Below are positions 35,441-44,145 of a stretch of DNA of 64,000 nt, in pieces (the stretch's first letter is position 1; each line of letters begins with the position of its first letter). Source of the stretch: a virus; the IMG/VR virus record IMGVR_UViG_3300045594_000099, positions 1 through 64,000 of that record. One strand, given 5' to 3'. The position numbers and the translations under genes were made by a program. The notes under the pieces are model-generated. The model saw nothing but the letters and a program-made list of their open reading frames with translations. It was not told where the DNA came from and did not search any database.

Positions 35441-35761
35441 ATGGCGAACGATCAAGAATACTCTATCTTAGACGCTTTTGAATATGTGAAAAGCAATGAA
35501 AACATTACGTCAAAGCCTGCTATCAATGACTTTGTCTATGTTACTCGCAATACGTACATTGATGGCAATGGCTATTATGGCAAGATTGCATACTATTCAG
35601 ATGTTTCACGAGTCATCATGCCTGTTCCAGCATTGCTATATTACAATGACAAGTATGGAGTAGGCGGAATGCAATACAAGTCTATTCTTGACTTGCTTAT
35701 GTCTGGATATTCATTCATCAAGATATCTGAAAAGCAATACGACGACAATGTCAAGAAGTGA
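35441..35761 (+). CDS. Hypothetical protein; AT-rich homolog of the C-terminal part of 44829..45353
   Basis: Shares FVYV.. / DYVY.. and Y.SIL..M.GYSFI. blocks with the GC-rich ORF 44829..45353. Confidence 0.55.
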   Translation: MANDQEYSILDAFEYVKSNENITSKPAINDFVYVTRNTYIDGNGYYGKIAYYSDVSRVIMPVPALLYYNDKYGVGGMQYKSILDLLMSGYSFIKISEKQYDDNVKK

Positions 35762-35782
35762 AAGTTTTGTTTTCATCTTGAT

Positions 35783-35811
35783 TTTACTTTCTTTCAGTAG
35801 TGTTATATAAT
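35783..35811 (+). promoter_or_regulatory. Conserved cassette promoter (TTTACT-17-TATAAT)
   Basis: tGATTTTACTTTCtttcagtagtgtTATATAATATAAc; drives the GC-rich island. Confidence 0.75.
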
Positions 35812-35851
35812 ATAACTATAAATAAAGACAAGTTTGTAGAAAGGACACAAA

Positions 35852-36139
35852 ATGAACAAGAAACTGCACCTCTATCGCATCAGCCAAAGCGTTAACATCG
35901 ATTACGATGTATATGATTCTGCTGTCGTTGCGGCGACAAGCGAGGACGACGCACGATCAATCCACCCGGACTCCTCCTTCCATCCGGGACCCGTACCAGC
36001 CTCGGAAGATGAATCCGGGAACGACGATGACTATTCGAATGACTGGTGCTGGCGGGAGGACGTGGATGTCGAATACGTCGGAGAGGCCCGTGACGGCATG
36101 CAGCGCGGTGTCATCTGCGCCAGCTTCAACGCAGGCTGA
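35852..36139 (+). CDS. Hypothetical protein, first gene of GC-rich island 1
   Basis: 95-aa ORF after gaaaggacacaaa; first 30 nt AT-rich, then composition jumps to GC-rich; ends ..GVICASFNAG. Confidence 0.6.
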   Translation: MNKKLHLYRISQSVNIDYDVYDSAVVAATSEDDARSIHPDSSFHPGPVPASEDESGNDDDYSNDWCWREDVDVEYVGEARDGMQRGVICASFNAG

Positions 36140-36164
36140 ACGAAAACACAGGAAAGGATATGAA

Positions 36165-36299
36165 ATGACAGAAACGGCCCTAGGAGCGCCCAGTAATCCG
36201 AAGAGCGATAACTTACCGCATTCAAGCCAAACCACGCAGGACGCCCACATTACGCAAGCCTCAGGGCATACCAACCACGAAACCAAGGCGGCAAAATGA
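36165..36299 (+). CDS. Hypothetical small protein
   Basis: 44-aa ORF after caggaaagga; its stop overlaps the next ATG. Confidence 0.3.
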   Translation: MTETALGAPSNPKSDNLPHSSQTTQDAHITQASGHTNHETKAAK

Positions 36300-36949
36300 G
36301 CAAGCAGATAATCACCGACTATATGGCGGGCAAAATCGGGGATGAATACTGGGTATCGGATCAGAACGGCGTCATCCGGGCACTGGGTGTGGTTGATCAT
36401 ATCGACGAAGAGGCAACCTTTCTTCGGTATCGCATTGACCTGTCGAGTAACGTCAGAAGCAACAGGAGACCCTGGTATAGCGGATTCGACCATTTTGAGC
36501 GCGAGGTGCCGGATGAGGAGTCCGAATCCGATGAAGGCATGGAACGGATCACCGACATCAAGCAAGTGTGCTCGGGTGATATCGAGGTCACGAAGAGCGG
36601 CAACCGGTATGAGGTGATTGAAACTGATAACACTCTAGACACTCTCAAGCTGCGCGTTGCCATCCCCGAATCCAACGATGAATACACGTGGCTTCATGAT
36701 TCTGCTTTCGCGTATGCGCTTCGCCCGAAGCCCAAGGTTCCCACCGAACCGGGATTGTACTTTGACAGTGTAAAAGATGTATGGGCGCTGTACGATGATG
36801 GCACTCGTCAACTAATACGTCGTGATGGACGGTATGTGAGTTTTGGTCTGAGAAGAAATGGTCTCAGAAGAAATGGTCTCAGAAGAAATGGTCTCAGCCC
36901 TAAGTTCGCACCATACTCTCGTATCGACTTGGATGACGACCATGAGTGA
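36296..36949 (+). CDS. Hypothetical protein containing a (GLRRN)n repeat
   Basis: 217-aa GC-rich ORF; shares a PEPGLY/TEPGLY block with the next gene. Confidence 0.55.
   Translation: MSKQIITDYMAGKIGDEYWVSDQNGVIRALGVVDHIDEEATFLRYRIDLSSNVRSNRRPWYSGFDHFEREVPDEESESDEGMERITDIKQVCSGDIEVTKSGNRYEVIETDNTLDTLKLRVAIPESNDEYTWLHDSAFAYALRPKPKVPTEPGLYFDSVKDVWALYDDGTRQLIRRDGRYVSFGLRRNGLRRNGLRRNGLSPKFAPYSRIDLDDDHE
36845..36897 (+). repeat. 15-bp tandem repeat, 3.5 copies (ggtctSagaagaaat)
   Basis: ggtctgagaagaaat ggtctcagaagaaat ggtctcagaagaaat ggtctcag; encodes GLRRNGLRRNGLRRNGL. Confidence 0.9.
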
Positions 36950-37430
36950 GCTAATAGCCAAGGACACGCCGGAACCGAAAGAGCCGGGACTCTATCTTAT
37001 TGCAGGCGAAACCGTTCTGCCGACTGTAGTTGTACGTTGTACAGATGACTTGGATAAGGAATTCCATTGGATGATGGTCGGAAGCACATGGATGTATAAC
37101 TGGGAAGGCATCCTCTTCGACTGGCTTCCATCTGATATTGCTTATACCATAGAGTCCCTGACCGAGCATGACAAGCGTATTCGTGATGAGACTGCACAAG
37201 ACATTGCAAGTAGATATTCAATTACACGTGGACCATTGACACAGGATGAGTTGGACAAGTCACAGAGTCTTCTCGATTCATTTATGAGCGATTTTGTTAA
37301 AGCGCCAAGACTTGTTGATCATGATCGCGATATAGCTAGCAAGGCATGGCGTGAAGGTCATTCTGCTGGTGAATACGACAGGCTGCTAGGCAACATTGAC
37401 ATATCTCCAAACCCATACGAAATCGAATAA
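36942..37430 (+). CDS. Hypothetical protein
   Basis: ATG 36942 (MSELIAKD) overlaps the previous stop (ATGAGTGA); the tracked start 36858 lies in the repeat. Confidence 0.55.
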   Translation: MSELIAKDTPEPKEPGLYLIAGETVLPTVVVRCTDDLDKEFHWMMVGSTWMYNWEGILFDWLPSDIAYTIESLTEHDKRIRDETAQDIASRYSITRGPLTQDELDKSQSLLDSFMSDFVKAPRLVDHDRDIASKAWREGHSAGEYDRLLGNIDISPNPYEIE

Positions 37431-37509
37431 TAGTGAATATGCAGTTGACAACCAAAGACATGGCAGAATCTGAAGACGTATCGCTGACATGTATAGAGAA
37501 AGGCATTCT

Positions 37510-37590
37510 ATGAATTGGCAGGATGTTGTCGTTACGGTGGCTATCCTAGCCGCAATAGTTCTGATTAGCTGGATGAATCGAAAAAAGTAG
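37510..37590 (+). CDS. Possible 26-aa single-TM peptide
   Basis: MNWQDVVVTVAILAAIVLISWMNRKK after gagaaagg; too short to be sure. Confidence 0.25.
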   Translation: MNWQDVVVTVAILAAIVLISWMNRKK

Positions 37591-37645
37591 ACATGAAGAA
37601 TATTCTCATTGCATTTTGGCTACACAACAATAGCGAGCGTAAATT

Positions 37646-37996
37646 ATGAGTGAACTGACAACCAATGAAATGCTGGAACATGAAGAGAAGTTGTTCTTCA
37701 TTGATGGAGAGCCATTCGTTCTCACTAAAAACAAAGAATCAGATTGCTATCGCGAACAGGTAAAGGAACTCCATGACCAGCATTCGTCCAACATCATTGA
37801 ATCACTTGCAGAGCATTACAAGCGCATACGTCATGATGCATTGACCCTTACTGATGCTGAAGCTAATGCTGGGGCAGATGCTATCGCTGACTTTTTCGCT
37901 TCGCCAGGCGAAGAAGTGATGTTAGAAATTCCGACGCTAGACATTCTGAATGCTGCAATCAAAGCAATAGCAGAGATACGCGAGCACAAATCATGA
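37646..37996 (+). CDS. Hypothetical protein
   Basis: 116-aa ORF; overlaps next start by ATGA. Confidence 0.5.
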   Translation: MSELTTNEMLEHEEKLFFIDGEPFVLTKNKESDCYREQVKELHDQHSSNIIESLAEHYKRIRHDALTLTDAEANAGADAIADFFASPGEEVMLEIPTLDILNAAIKAIAEIREHKS

Positions 37997-38136
37997 AGCA
38001 GTTGACAATAGACATGATACTCAAATGGCATGATGCAGGATATTCGCCAGAAGAGACATCCCGTCTGCTCAAACAGCCTGTAGCTATCGTAAATGCCGTC
38101 ATCGAAACTGCTAATGACAAGGGGCAGGATTTTTGA
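37993..38136 (+). CDS. Possible small HTH protein (47 aa)
   Basis: MKQLTIDMILKWHDAGYSPEETSRLLKQPVAIVNAVI..., translationally coupled on both sides; below the ORF-track cutoff. Confidence 0.35.
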   Translation: MKQLTIDMILKWHDAGYSPEETSRLLKQPVAIVNAVIETANDKGQDF

Positions 38137-38342
38137 AAGACTATAGAAAAGAGGCCGAATACCAGCGCAAATACCGGCAAAAGAAACGCGAAGAGAAGAT
38201 ACTAGAGGAGCTAGAAGAGATTGAATTATCAGAAGTCAAGGTAGATGTTGACGATCCAGTAACCTATAAGCTGATACAGAGAATGAGACAGCCTAAAATT
38301 AAGAGAGTGCATCGTAGCATGATAGATGATGTAGGCAGCTGA
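38133..38342 (+). CDS. Hypothetical basic protein (TTG start)
   Basis: 69 aa, KDYRKEAEYQRKYRQKKREEK. Confidence 0.4.
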   Translation: MKDYRKEAEYQRKYRQKKREEKILEELEEIELSEVKVDVDDPVTYKLIQRMRQPKIKRVHRSMIDDVGS

Positions 38343-38375
38343 TCAGCTTCCTGATATCGCTAAAGCATACAGCAA

Positions 38376-38861
38376 ATGAACTGCTCGCATCTACAAAAGA
38401 AAGAGACATGGCTAATGAAAGACAAAGAGACGCTTGCTTATTCGATATTCATAGCTTTAGAGCAAGCAGACATACTTGATCCTGCTCATGAATATTCGCC
38501 TTCGTGGCTGTATGACGAAGCGAAGCCTGTCATAATGAAGTGCTTGAATCAGTACTATGAAGATTCAAATAGCTCTGACATTACTGACAAAGACATAGAA
38601 TCTGTAGATTCTGCAAAGCAATTGCTGTCAGATGCGATAGATACTGTCACTGTCGACAGGAAAGAGGACTATGGAGAAGCTGAAGACTTCTTCAGTGATA
38701 TCGCTGGACTGTGGTCTGTCATTCTGCATGAAGACGTCTCAAGCAAAGAAGTAGCATTGTGCATGATAGCTTTGAAGATTGCTAGATGCAATAATGGCAA
38801 CTACAAAAGAGACAGTTGGCTTGATATTGCCGGATATGCAGCTTTGGGAAGTCAGTTGTAG
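38376..38861 (+). CDS. Hypothetical protein, DUF6378-like C-terminal half
   Basis: RKEDYGEAEDFFSDIAGLWSVIL...VALCMIALKIARC...RDSWLDIAGYAALG recalls a phage domain of unknown function (R..YG...f..iA..W....K..R...Ds..D.aGYa). Confidence 0.35.
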   Translation: MNCSHLQKKETWLMKDKETLAYSIFIALEQADILDPAHEYSPSWLYDEAKPVIMKCLNQYYEDSNSSDITDKDIESVDSAKQLLSDAIDTVTVDRKEDYGEAEDFFSDIAGLWSVILHEDVSSKEVALCMIALKIARCNNGNYKRDSWLDIAGYAALGSQL

Positions 38862-38944
38862 ACATATCTGCAATACAAGATACTTGCATCTAATAGACTG
38901 CTATTGTAACGATAGCATAATGTAAATGATACTATTGAAAGAAG

Positions 38945-39184
38945 ATGACTAGACCAATGTCTGCTTTGACATCTGCAAAATGCATAGAATGTGGTCATAT
39001 CGGACCTAAGTTTGCTATGCGAAAAGTCTTTGAGAATGGCTTTGTCAAAGGCTACAAGCACGAGAACTGCGAAAGCTACAAGGCAGCTCCGAAAGATACG
39101 AAAGACATCATAGAAGACAGTTATTCAAGGGCTTCAAGCTTGTTCGTCAAGAACAGAAATATGCGAAAGAGTCAGCAATTCTGA
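38945..39184 (+). CDS. Hypothetical small Cys-containing protein
   Basis: 79-aa ORF. Confidence 0.45.
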   Translation: MTRPMSALTSAKCIECGHIGPKFAMRKVFENGFVKGYKHENCESYKAAPKDTKDIIEDSYSRASSLFVKNRNMRKSQQF

Positions 39185-39228
39185 ATCTGTCACGAATTAG
39201 CAAAAAATGGAGACTAGACTTGCATAAG

Positions 39229-39375
39229 ATGAAAAGCTGGACATTCGAGAATGATGTCAAGACTAAAGTCACTGTCAAAGCAGAAAGATTTTCAGAAGCA
39301 TACAATAAAGCTTCGAAGTTCATCTGCAACCCTGTTCTTGTCAGCATCAAAGAAATGGATGATTTAGATGACTAG
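39229..39375 (+). CDS. Hypothetical small protein (48 aa)
   Basis: MKSWTFENDVKTKV...; overlaps the next start; below track cutoff. Confidence 0.3.
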   Translation: MKSWTFENDVKTKVTVKAERFSEAYNKASKFICNPVLVSIKEMDDLDD

Positions 39376-39601
39376 CATAGAAGATCGCAATGCAATCGAA
39401 TGCCCGTTCTGCAAAAAGCACCCTATTCTTGTCACAGAAGAAGTGACTGAAGGCAACAAGATGCATAATGAGCATCAGCTAAGATGCTCTCATCCATCAG
39501 GCTTCAAGACCTGCTTCTACTTGACTAAAGCTGAAGCTGAAAAGCATTGGAATGGCATGATGCTTGAATGCATATCTAATAGAGCACTGCTAGGAAGATG
39601 A
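39368..39601 (+). CDS. Lar-like restriction-alleviation protein candidate
   Basis: IECPFCKKHPILV ... RCSHPSGFKTC ... TKAEAEKHWNGM follows the Lar family layout (CPFCG ... second Cys pair ... eAi..WN). Confidence 0.45.
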   Translation: MTSIEDRNAIECPFCKKHPILVTEEVTEGNKMHNEHQLRCSHPSGFKTCFYLTKAEAEKHWNGMMLECISNRALLGR

Positions 39602-39622
39602 CATTCTACATCGCATCTTGAT

Positions 39623-39651
39623 TTTACTTTCTTGTAATTGTGTTGTATAAT
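39623..39651 (+). promoter_or_regulatory. Conserved cassette promoter (TTTACT-17-TATAAT)
   Basis: tGATTTTACTTTCttgtaattgtgttgTATAATATAAc. Confidence 0.75.
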
Positions 39652-39700
39652 ATAACTATAAATCAAAAACAAACAAGAAAGTGAATCAGGAGAATACATC

Positions 39701-39874
39701 ATGAAACTCAACAAGACTAGAATCAAGCTTATCGCTCTTGCTTTCATAGCATCTATGCTTGCTCTTGCAGTCAATGCTATCCCATCGCTATCCGATTCTA
39801 AAGGCGAAGTAAATGCTTTTGCATTGCTAGGCGTTTTCTTGTTCTTAGCTGCTTGGAAAGGAAACGAAGACTGA
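39701..39874 (+). CDS. Small two-TM membrane protein (57 aa)
   Basis: ATG after aggagaatacatc; MKLNKTRIKLIALAFIASMLALAVNAI...FALLGVFLFLAAWKG. Confidence 0.5.
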   Translation: MKLNKTRIKLIALAFIASMLALAVNAIPSLSDSKGEVNAFALLGVFLFLAAWKGNED

Positions 39875-40221
39875 TGAATGCTACTACTCAAGACAGCGAA
39901 GCTAATGAAGATGACTGCATCTACTATGACAATCGTAAATGGGTGAAATGCAATGGTGACAACGACTACTATTGCGACTGGTCTATGAACATCATAAAGA
40001 CTTCTTATGGCAAAGTCTCAGTCAAGAAGACATATTCAGATCCACTCAATGGTGAGAAGTACATACGAGAATCGCACTCATACAAAGACAAAGATGGTAG
40101 ACGTCATCAAAGAACTATTCGAAGGTATGTCTCTCAGCTTTGCAAGTGCAAGTACGGATTGCAAGAGCCACATATCAGATTCATCACTCGTGGCAATACA
40201 GAAAACCCATGGTTCTGGTAG
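39874..40221 (+). CDS. Hypothetical protein
   Basis: ATG 39874 overlaps previous TGA; Cys-rich N-terminus. Confidence 0.5.
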   Translation: MNATTQDSEANEDDCIYYDNRKWVKCNGDNDYYCDWSMNIIKTSYGKVSVKKTYSDPLNGEKYIRESHSYKDKDGRRHQRTIRRYVSQLCKCKYGLQEPHIRFITRGNTENPWFW

Positions 40222-40236
40222 AAAGTGATATGCATC

Positions 40237-40485
40237 ATGACTAAAGACTATGAAAGAGTGCTGAACATCAAGAAGCAAGTCGAAAACTTCAAGCGACAGC
40301 TGCATTCGTACATTGCAGATTTGATTGATGCAGACGATCTTGCATGCATAGATGACAGCATGCTGCGAATAGAAGCTGTCGTTAATTCTTGCATAGCTGA
40401 CTGCGAAGACGACGAGAATGTTCAGAATGATAACAATGAGAACAAAAGCAATAAGAATGACGCTGAAAGCGAGGCATCAGAATGA
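40237..40485 (+). CDS. Hypothetical acidic protein
   Basis: ATG 40237 (tracked GTG 40225). Confidence 0.45.
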   Translation: MTKDYERVLNIKKQVENFKRQLHSYIADLIDADDLACIDDSMLRIEAVVNSCIADCEDDENVQNDNNENKSNKNDAESEASE

Positions 40486-40772
40486 CTAGCAAACGAAAGA
40501 CATTGAAGCAGAATCTGAATGAGATGAAGCAGCATATCGAAAGCAGATTCAAAGCAAGCTGCGAAGTCAAGAGCTGCATTCTGTCATTTCAGAAAGATGG
40601 CGTCTTGTTCGTCATAGACAAAGCTAATGACACATGGTTCAGACTTGAATGCTATTCAGCAGATAGCATGCTTCTTGACAGACCATTCATGTCAAAGCTT
40701 GTAGGATGCAAAGCATATGACACAGTAGATGCTGTCATTGAGAAAGCTACAGAGTCAGGATGGACAGAATGA
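40482..40772 (+). CDS. Hypothetical protein
   Basis: 96-aa coupled ORF. Confidence 0.5.
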   Translation: MTSKRKTLKQNLNEMKQHIESRFKASCEVKSCILSFQKDGVLFVIDKANDTWFRLECYSADSMLLDRPFMSKLVGCKAYDTVDAVIEKATESGWTE

Positions 40773-41077
40773 AACTAGACTATGATGTTGCTGCAGAGTG
40801 TTCTGAGAAGATAGCAAAGCTTGCTTTCAAGCTAAGACAGTCTGACTCTGTACTGAATATGCGACTGCATGAATACAGCGTCACATTCGATTGCTTCAGC
40901 ATGTCATACTGCATTTCATTCTATGACATGTTTGCTAATTCTGACACTCTGCTTGTAGAAGAGTACTTGCGTTCTCTTACACGCAGGCATGCGACCCTGC
41001 CTTGGACAGATGAAGATTCTGATGCTAAGATGATACTAGCTCTGATTGACGAATGGAAGTCTAGCTCCATCTTCTAG
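40760..41077 (+). CDS. Hypothetical protein
   Basis: 105-aa coupled ORF, last before palindrome copy 4. Confidence 0.5.
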   Translation: MDRMKLDYDVAAECSEKIAKLAFKLRQSDSVLNMRLHEYSVTFDCFSMSYCISFYDMFANSDTLLVEEYLRSLTRRHATLPWTDEDSDAKMILALIDEWKSSSIF

Positions 41078-41102
41078 TATCTGAAAGCAGTCATGAAGCA
41101 CG

Positions 41103-41192
41103 CACTAGATTGTTCTCTGATGACTTAGAATCGTATGTATATATAATTATATAGACATTATTCTTGAAGTTCACAGAGATAAACGTCGTAAC
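41103..41192. repeat. Palindromic intergenic element, copy 4 (left outer end eroded)
   Basis: tgttctctgatgacttagaatcg..tatatataattatata..gttcacagagataaacgtcgtaac. Confidence 0.8.
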
Positions 41193-41336
41193 ACTGAGTA
41201 TACATCAGATTCATATCTAATATATGAAATGGAAAGAATAGCTGAAATGACTTGAAACTGTCTGTTTTCTATATTAAGATAGGAGCAATAGCATGCGTGA
41301 TGAATTGCTAGATAAGTTCAATACAAAGAGCAAATC

Positions 41337-41549
41337 ATGCTGAAGCACAAGCTTAAGCAATATCAAGACAAAGGAATCGAAATCAGAATGAAGAAGCAAA
41401 TAGTAGAAGTTCATGAAGATGACAATGGCTTCTGGTGCAAAGTCAATGGAATTGTAGTAAGAGCAACCAACGTGTTCGCTCTTGACAATGAAGTAGACAA
41501 AGCTGTGCATGACCAGCAGCATAGAGACTATCGACTAGTCAGGGACTAG
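41337..41549 (+). CDS. Hypothetical small protein
   Basis: 70-aa ORF. Confidence 0.4.
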   Translation: MLKHKLKQYQDKGIEIRMKKQIVEVHEDDNGFWCKVNGIVVRATNVFALDNEVDKAVHDQQHRDYRLVRD

Positions 41550-41569
41550 ACATGAAAGAATGAGCAATC

Positions 41570-42997
41570 ATGAACACCGACATAGCAGTACGACAAAAAC
41601 CATTCATGTGGGCGACACTTGATTTCATTGAACGACAGATAGGTCGTCTGCACAGATTCATTGACGTGCAACAGCAAACAGACAATGAGATTACAGCTTT
41701 GATTCCGACATATGAGAAAGAGGAATCGCGCAATGTTACTCTTGATTCTCTTTTGCGACAGACACGCAGAATCAACAACATACTGATTGTCATAAACGGA
41801 AGCGGAATCAGCGATGTCTCAGCAAAGATTGCGCAGACATACGCCGGTTGCTTTCCCAATATTCATGTCATCAGACTTCGTGTTCCAGGAAAAGCTAATG
41901 CGCTTAATGAAGGGTATTCATGCATTCGTCATGACTTTCCAAACACTATGATGATTCTTGGATGTGACGCTGATGTAGAGGCTGACTCTCATATGGTAGA
42001 GCATCTTGAGCATGACATGAAGCAATGGCCTCTTTCACTTGGAGTTCGTGCACGGTATGCATTCCGCAAACCAGATACGAATTCAGACTTTTCTCGTTCT
42101 CTTGTCTCTGGTCAACGTGTCGAATTCGCAATGACTGAGGTTCGTGCACAACTCAGAGGTCAGCATACATCTATTCTTGGTGGTCAAGCGACATTGTTCA
42201 GCATGAAAGCTCTTGATTCGATAGCGAAGACAATGCCCAATCGACTTCCATGGGATGCATCAAGCAAGGTTGAGGATGCACAGCTTACAAGAATCGGGTC
42301 TCGTTTGGGACTGGAGGCACGAGTATCGTTACAAGCAAGAGCTTGGACTGGTTTGATGCTTCACTCATACCAATGGCACAGTCAAAGACGAAAATGGCAG
42401 GATGGTCATTTTGATGATCTAACTCGTGAATTCCATCCATATCAGGATAGAAGAAGATGGCTTGACCAATTGGCTCTTGGTTGGAATGTCATTCTTCGAG
42501 TGCTGTTTGTCTCACTGATTGGTGCAGACATTTTGACTGGCAGTCTTTCTTTGTCGCTGTGGTGGCTTACACCAATCGTTCTTGCTATCATTCAATCAAC
42601 ATTGATTGCAGTCAGAATGCCAGACAGATCTCTTGGAGAAGTCTTTCGTGCTTTAGTGTTCATTCCTGGTGAGATCTACTATCTGCGAACTCTATCTGTA
42701 TGGATAGAATCGCTAGTATCGCTTTTGCTGAATCTTCGTTCTGATGGATGGAAGAAGCAGTACAAAGCTGAGTCTTCGAGCAAGCATGTCAATGTTTCAG
42801 GTTGGATGGTGCTCACTGTGTCTTTTTCGCTACCGATGATAGGACTTATCGCACTGTTGCGATATGCACCAGCAGCAGGTAGTGTGGCAATGACTGTTGG
42901 ATGGAGTTTGCTAGCTTTCATGACCATTCTGTCTTCATTGTCAATGACATTCTTGATACTTAGGATTGTAAGACGATTCAAAGAGATGAGACCATGA
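41570..42997 (+). CDS. Membrane-embedded processive GT2 synthase (cellulose/PNAG/hyaluronan-synthase-like)
   Basis: ALIPTYEKEE; GCDADVEAD (DxD); VEDAQLT (ED); SQRRKWQDG (QxxRW); several C-terminal hydrophobic helices. Confidence 0.7.
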   Translation: MNTDIAVRQKPFMWATLDFIERQIGRLHRFIDVQQQTDNEITALIPTYEKEESRNVTLDSLLRQTRRINNILIVINGSGISDVSAKIAQTYAGCFPNIHVIRLRVPGKANALNEGYSCIRHDFPNTMMILGCDADVEADSHMVEHLEHDMKQWPLSLGVRARYAFRKPDTNSDFSRSLVSGQRVEFAMTEVRAQLRGQHTSILGGQATLFSMKALDSIAKTMPNRLPWDASSKVEDAQLTRIGSRLGLEARVSLQARAWTGLMLHSYQWHSQRRKWQDGHFDDLTREFHPYQDRRRWLDQLALGWNVILRVLFVSLIGADILTGSLSLSLWWLTPIVLAIIQSTLIAVRMPDRSLGEVFRALVFIPGEIYYLRTLSVWIESLVSLLLNLRSDGWKKQYKAESSSKHVNVSGWMVLTVSFSLPMIGLIALLRYAPAAGSVAMTVGWSLLAFMTILSSLSMTFLILRIVRRFKEMRP

Positions 42998-43075
42998 CTA
43001 ATTGCTTTTGATCTGACAATGCGACATTCTGGTTATGCAATGGAAACGTCAAGACAAAATGAAGAAGGAGACGAA

Positions 43076-43486
43076 ATGAAGCTGTTCAGGCTTGATGGCC
43101 GCGAGATCGGCTCTGGTGAGAGTCTCAGGAAGATAGCAGAGAGGAATTTTGCGAACCTTATTGGAGCTGATCTTGCTGGTGCTGATCTACGTTACGCTAA
43201 CCTACGTGGTGCGAATCTACGTGGAGCAGATCTTCGGGATGCGAATCTAAAAGACACTGATCTACGTGGCGCATACATCGTGGATGTGAACCTCAGTGGT
43301 GCTGATCTAAGGAATGCAGATCTCAGGAACGCGAAACTTATGCATACGAAACTCATGGCGGCTGACTTAAGTGGAGCGAACCTAGTTGGTGCGAACTTCG
43401 ATTGTGCAAGCCTCAGGCACGTGAACTTCAAGGGAGCGAAAGCAGACACAAAAACACTACACGATCATGCGAGCATTCATTCTTAG
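43076..43486 (+). CDS. Pentapeptide-repeat protein
   Basis: ATG 43076 after gaaggagacgaa; about 20 consecutive A(D/N)LxG-type pentapeptides ([33 protein letters not shown]...). Confidence 0.85.
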   Translation: MKLFRLDGREIGSGESLRKIAERNFANLIGADLAGADLRYANLRGANLRGADLRDANLKDTDLRGAYIVDVNLSGADLRNADLRNAKLMHTKLMAADLSGANLVGANFDCASLRHVNFKGAKADTKTLHDHASIHS

Positions 43487-43513
43487 AATCTTGAACATTA
43501 GCGTTCATGCGAT

Positions 43514-43542
43514 TTCCCTTTCTCAATATTATAGTATATAAT
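43514..43542 (+). promoter_or_regulatory. Cassette promoter variant with degenerate -35 (TTCCCT-17-TATAAT)
   Basis: cGATTTCCCTTTCtcaatattatagTATATAATATAAc. Confidence 0.55.
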
Positions 43543-43594
43543 ATAACTATAACTTAAAGAAGTCATATCAGCAAAAGCAAAATGGAGAATCAAA

Positions 43595-43813
43595 ATGACA
43601 GACAGCTCATCGATCATCAAGCCAGCAGACCCTCACTCAATCTCAATCAGCGACATAAGCGACGCTGAGCACTACACAGACTACTGGGTGCTGACTACAA
43701 GCAAGTATATGTCTCAGAACGGCCCAGTGACTTCAGACATCATTCTGACTGATGATGAGATGAAGTCTCTCTATGACGGTCTGACTCAGTTCTACTCTAA
43801 GGACAGCAAATGA
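43595..43813 (+). CDS. Hypothetical small protein
   Basis: 72-aa ORF after aatggagaatcaaa. Confidence 0.5.
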   Translation: MTDSSSIIKPADPHSISISDISDAEHYTDYWVLTTSKYMSQNGPVTSDIILTDDEMKSLYDGLTQFYSKDSK

Positions 43814-44145
43814 ACGACGAAGACTCAAAGTCTGACAAGCAGTATCGTACAAAGAACGCTATGCTCAAGCGAATCACCTCGTCATACTATTCTGACACTG
43901 GTGAGGTGCTGTTCAAGCTAGAGCTAAAGACATTAGATGCGACGCTCTTCTCATTCGTCAAGTTCGAAGACTTGAAGACATTGCTCAAAGATGTCTTGCA
44001 GATCAAAGACAAGAAGATCGTAGACTTGTCAAGAGTCATAGACAAGCCAGTCAAATTGACGGTCGTGATGTCTTCTACTATATTTGAAGAAGTGACGACT
44101 GTGTCTAACTTCATTGATCCGACTAAAGCAATCGCAGTCATCTGA
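43810..44145 (+). CDS. Hypothetical protein
   Basis: 111-aa coupled ORF. Confidence 0.5.
   Translation: MNDEDSKSDKQYRTKNAMLKRITSSYYSDTGEVLFKLELKTLDATLFSFVKFEDLKTLLKDVLQIKDKKIVDLSRVIDKPVKLTVVMSSTIFEEVTTVSNFIDPTKAIAVI

Noticed and set aside
35957-36565. 202-aa minus-strand ORF, plus other long alternative-frame ORFs (35907..36299, 36342..36617, 36397..36687) in the GC-rich island
   Set aside because: They overlap better-supported + strand genes. High GC suppresses stop codons in all frames. They have no SD sequences, and every other gene run here is on the + strand.
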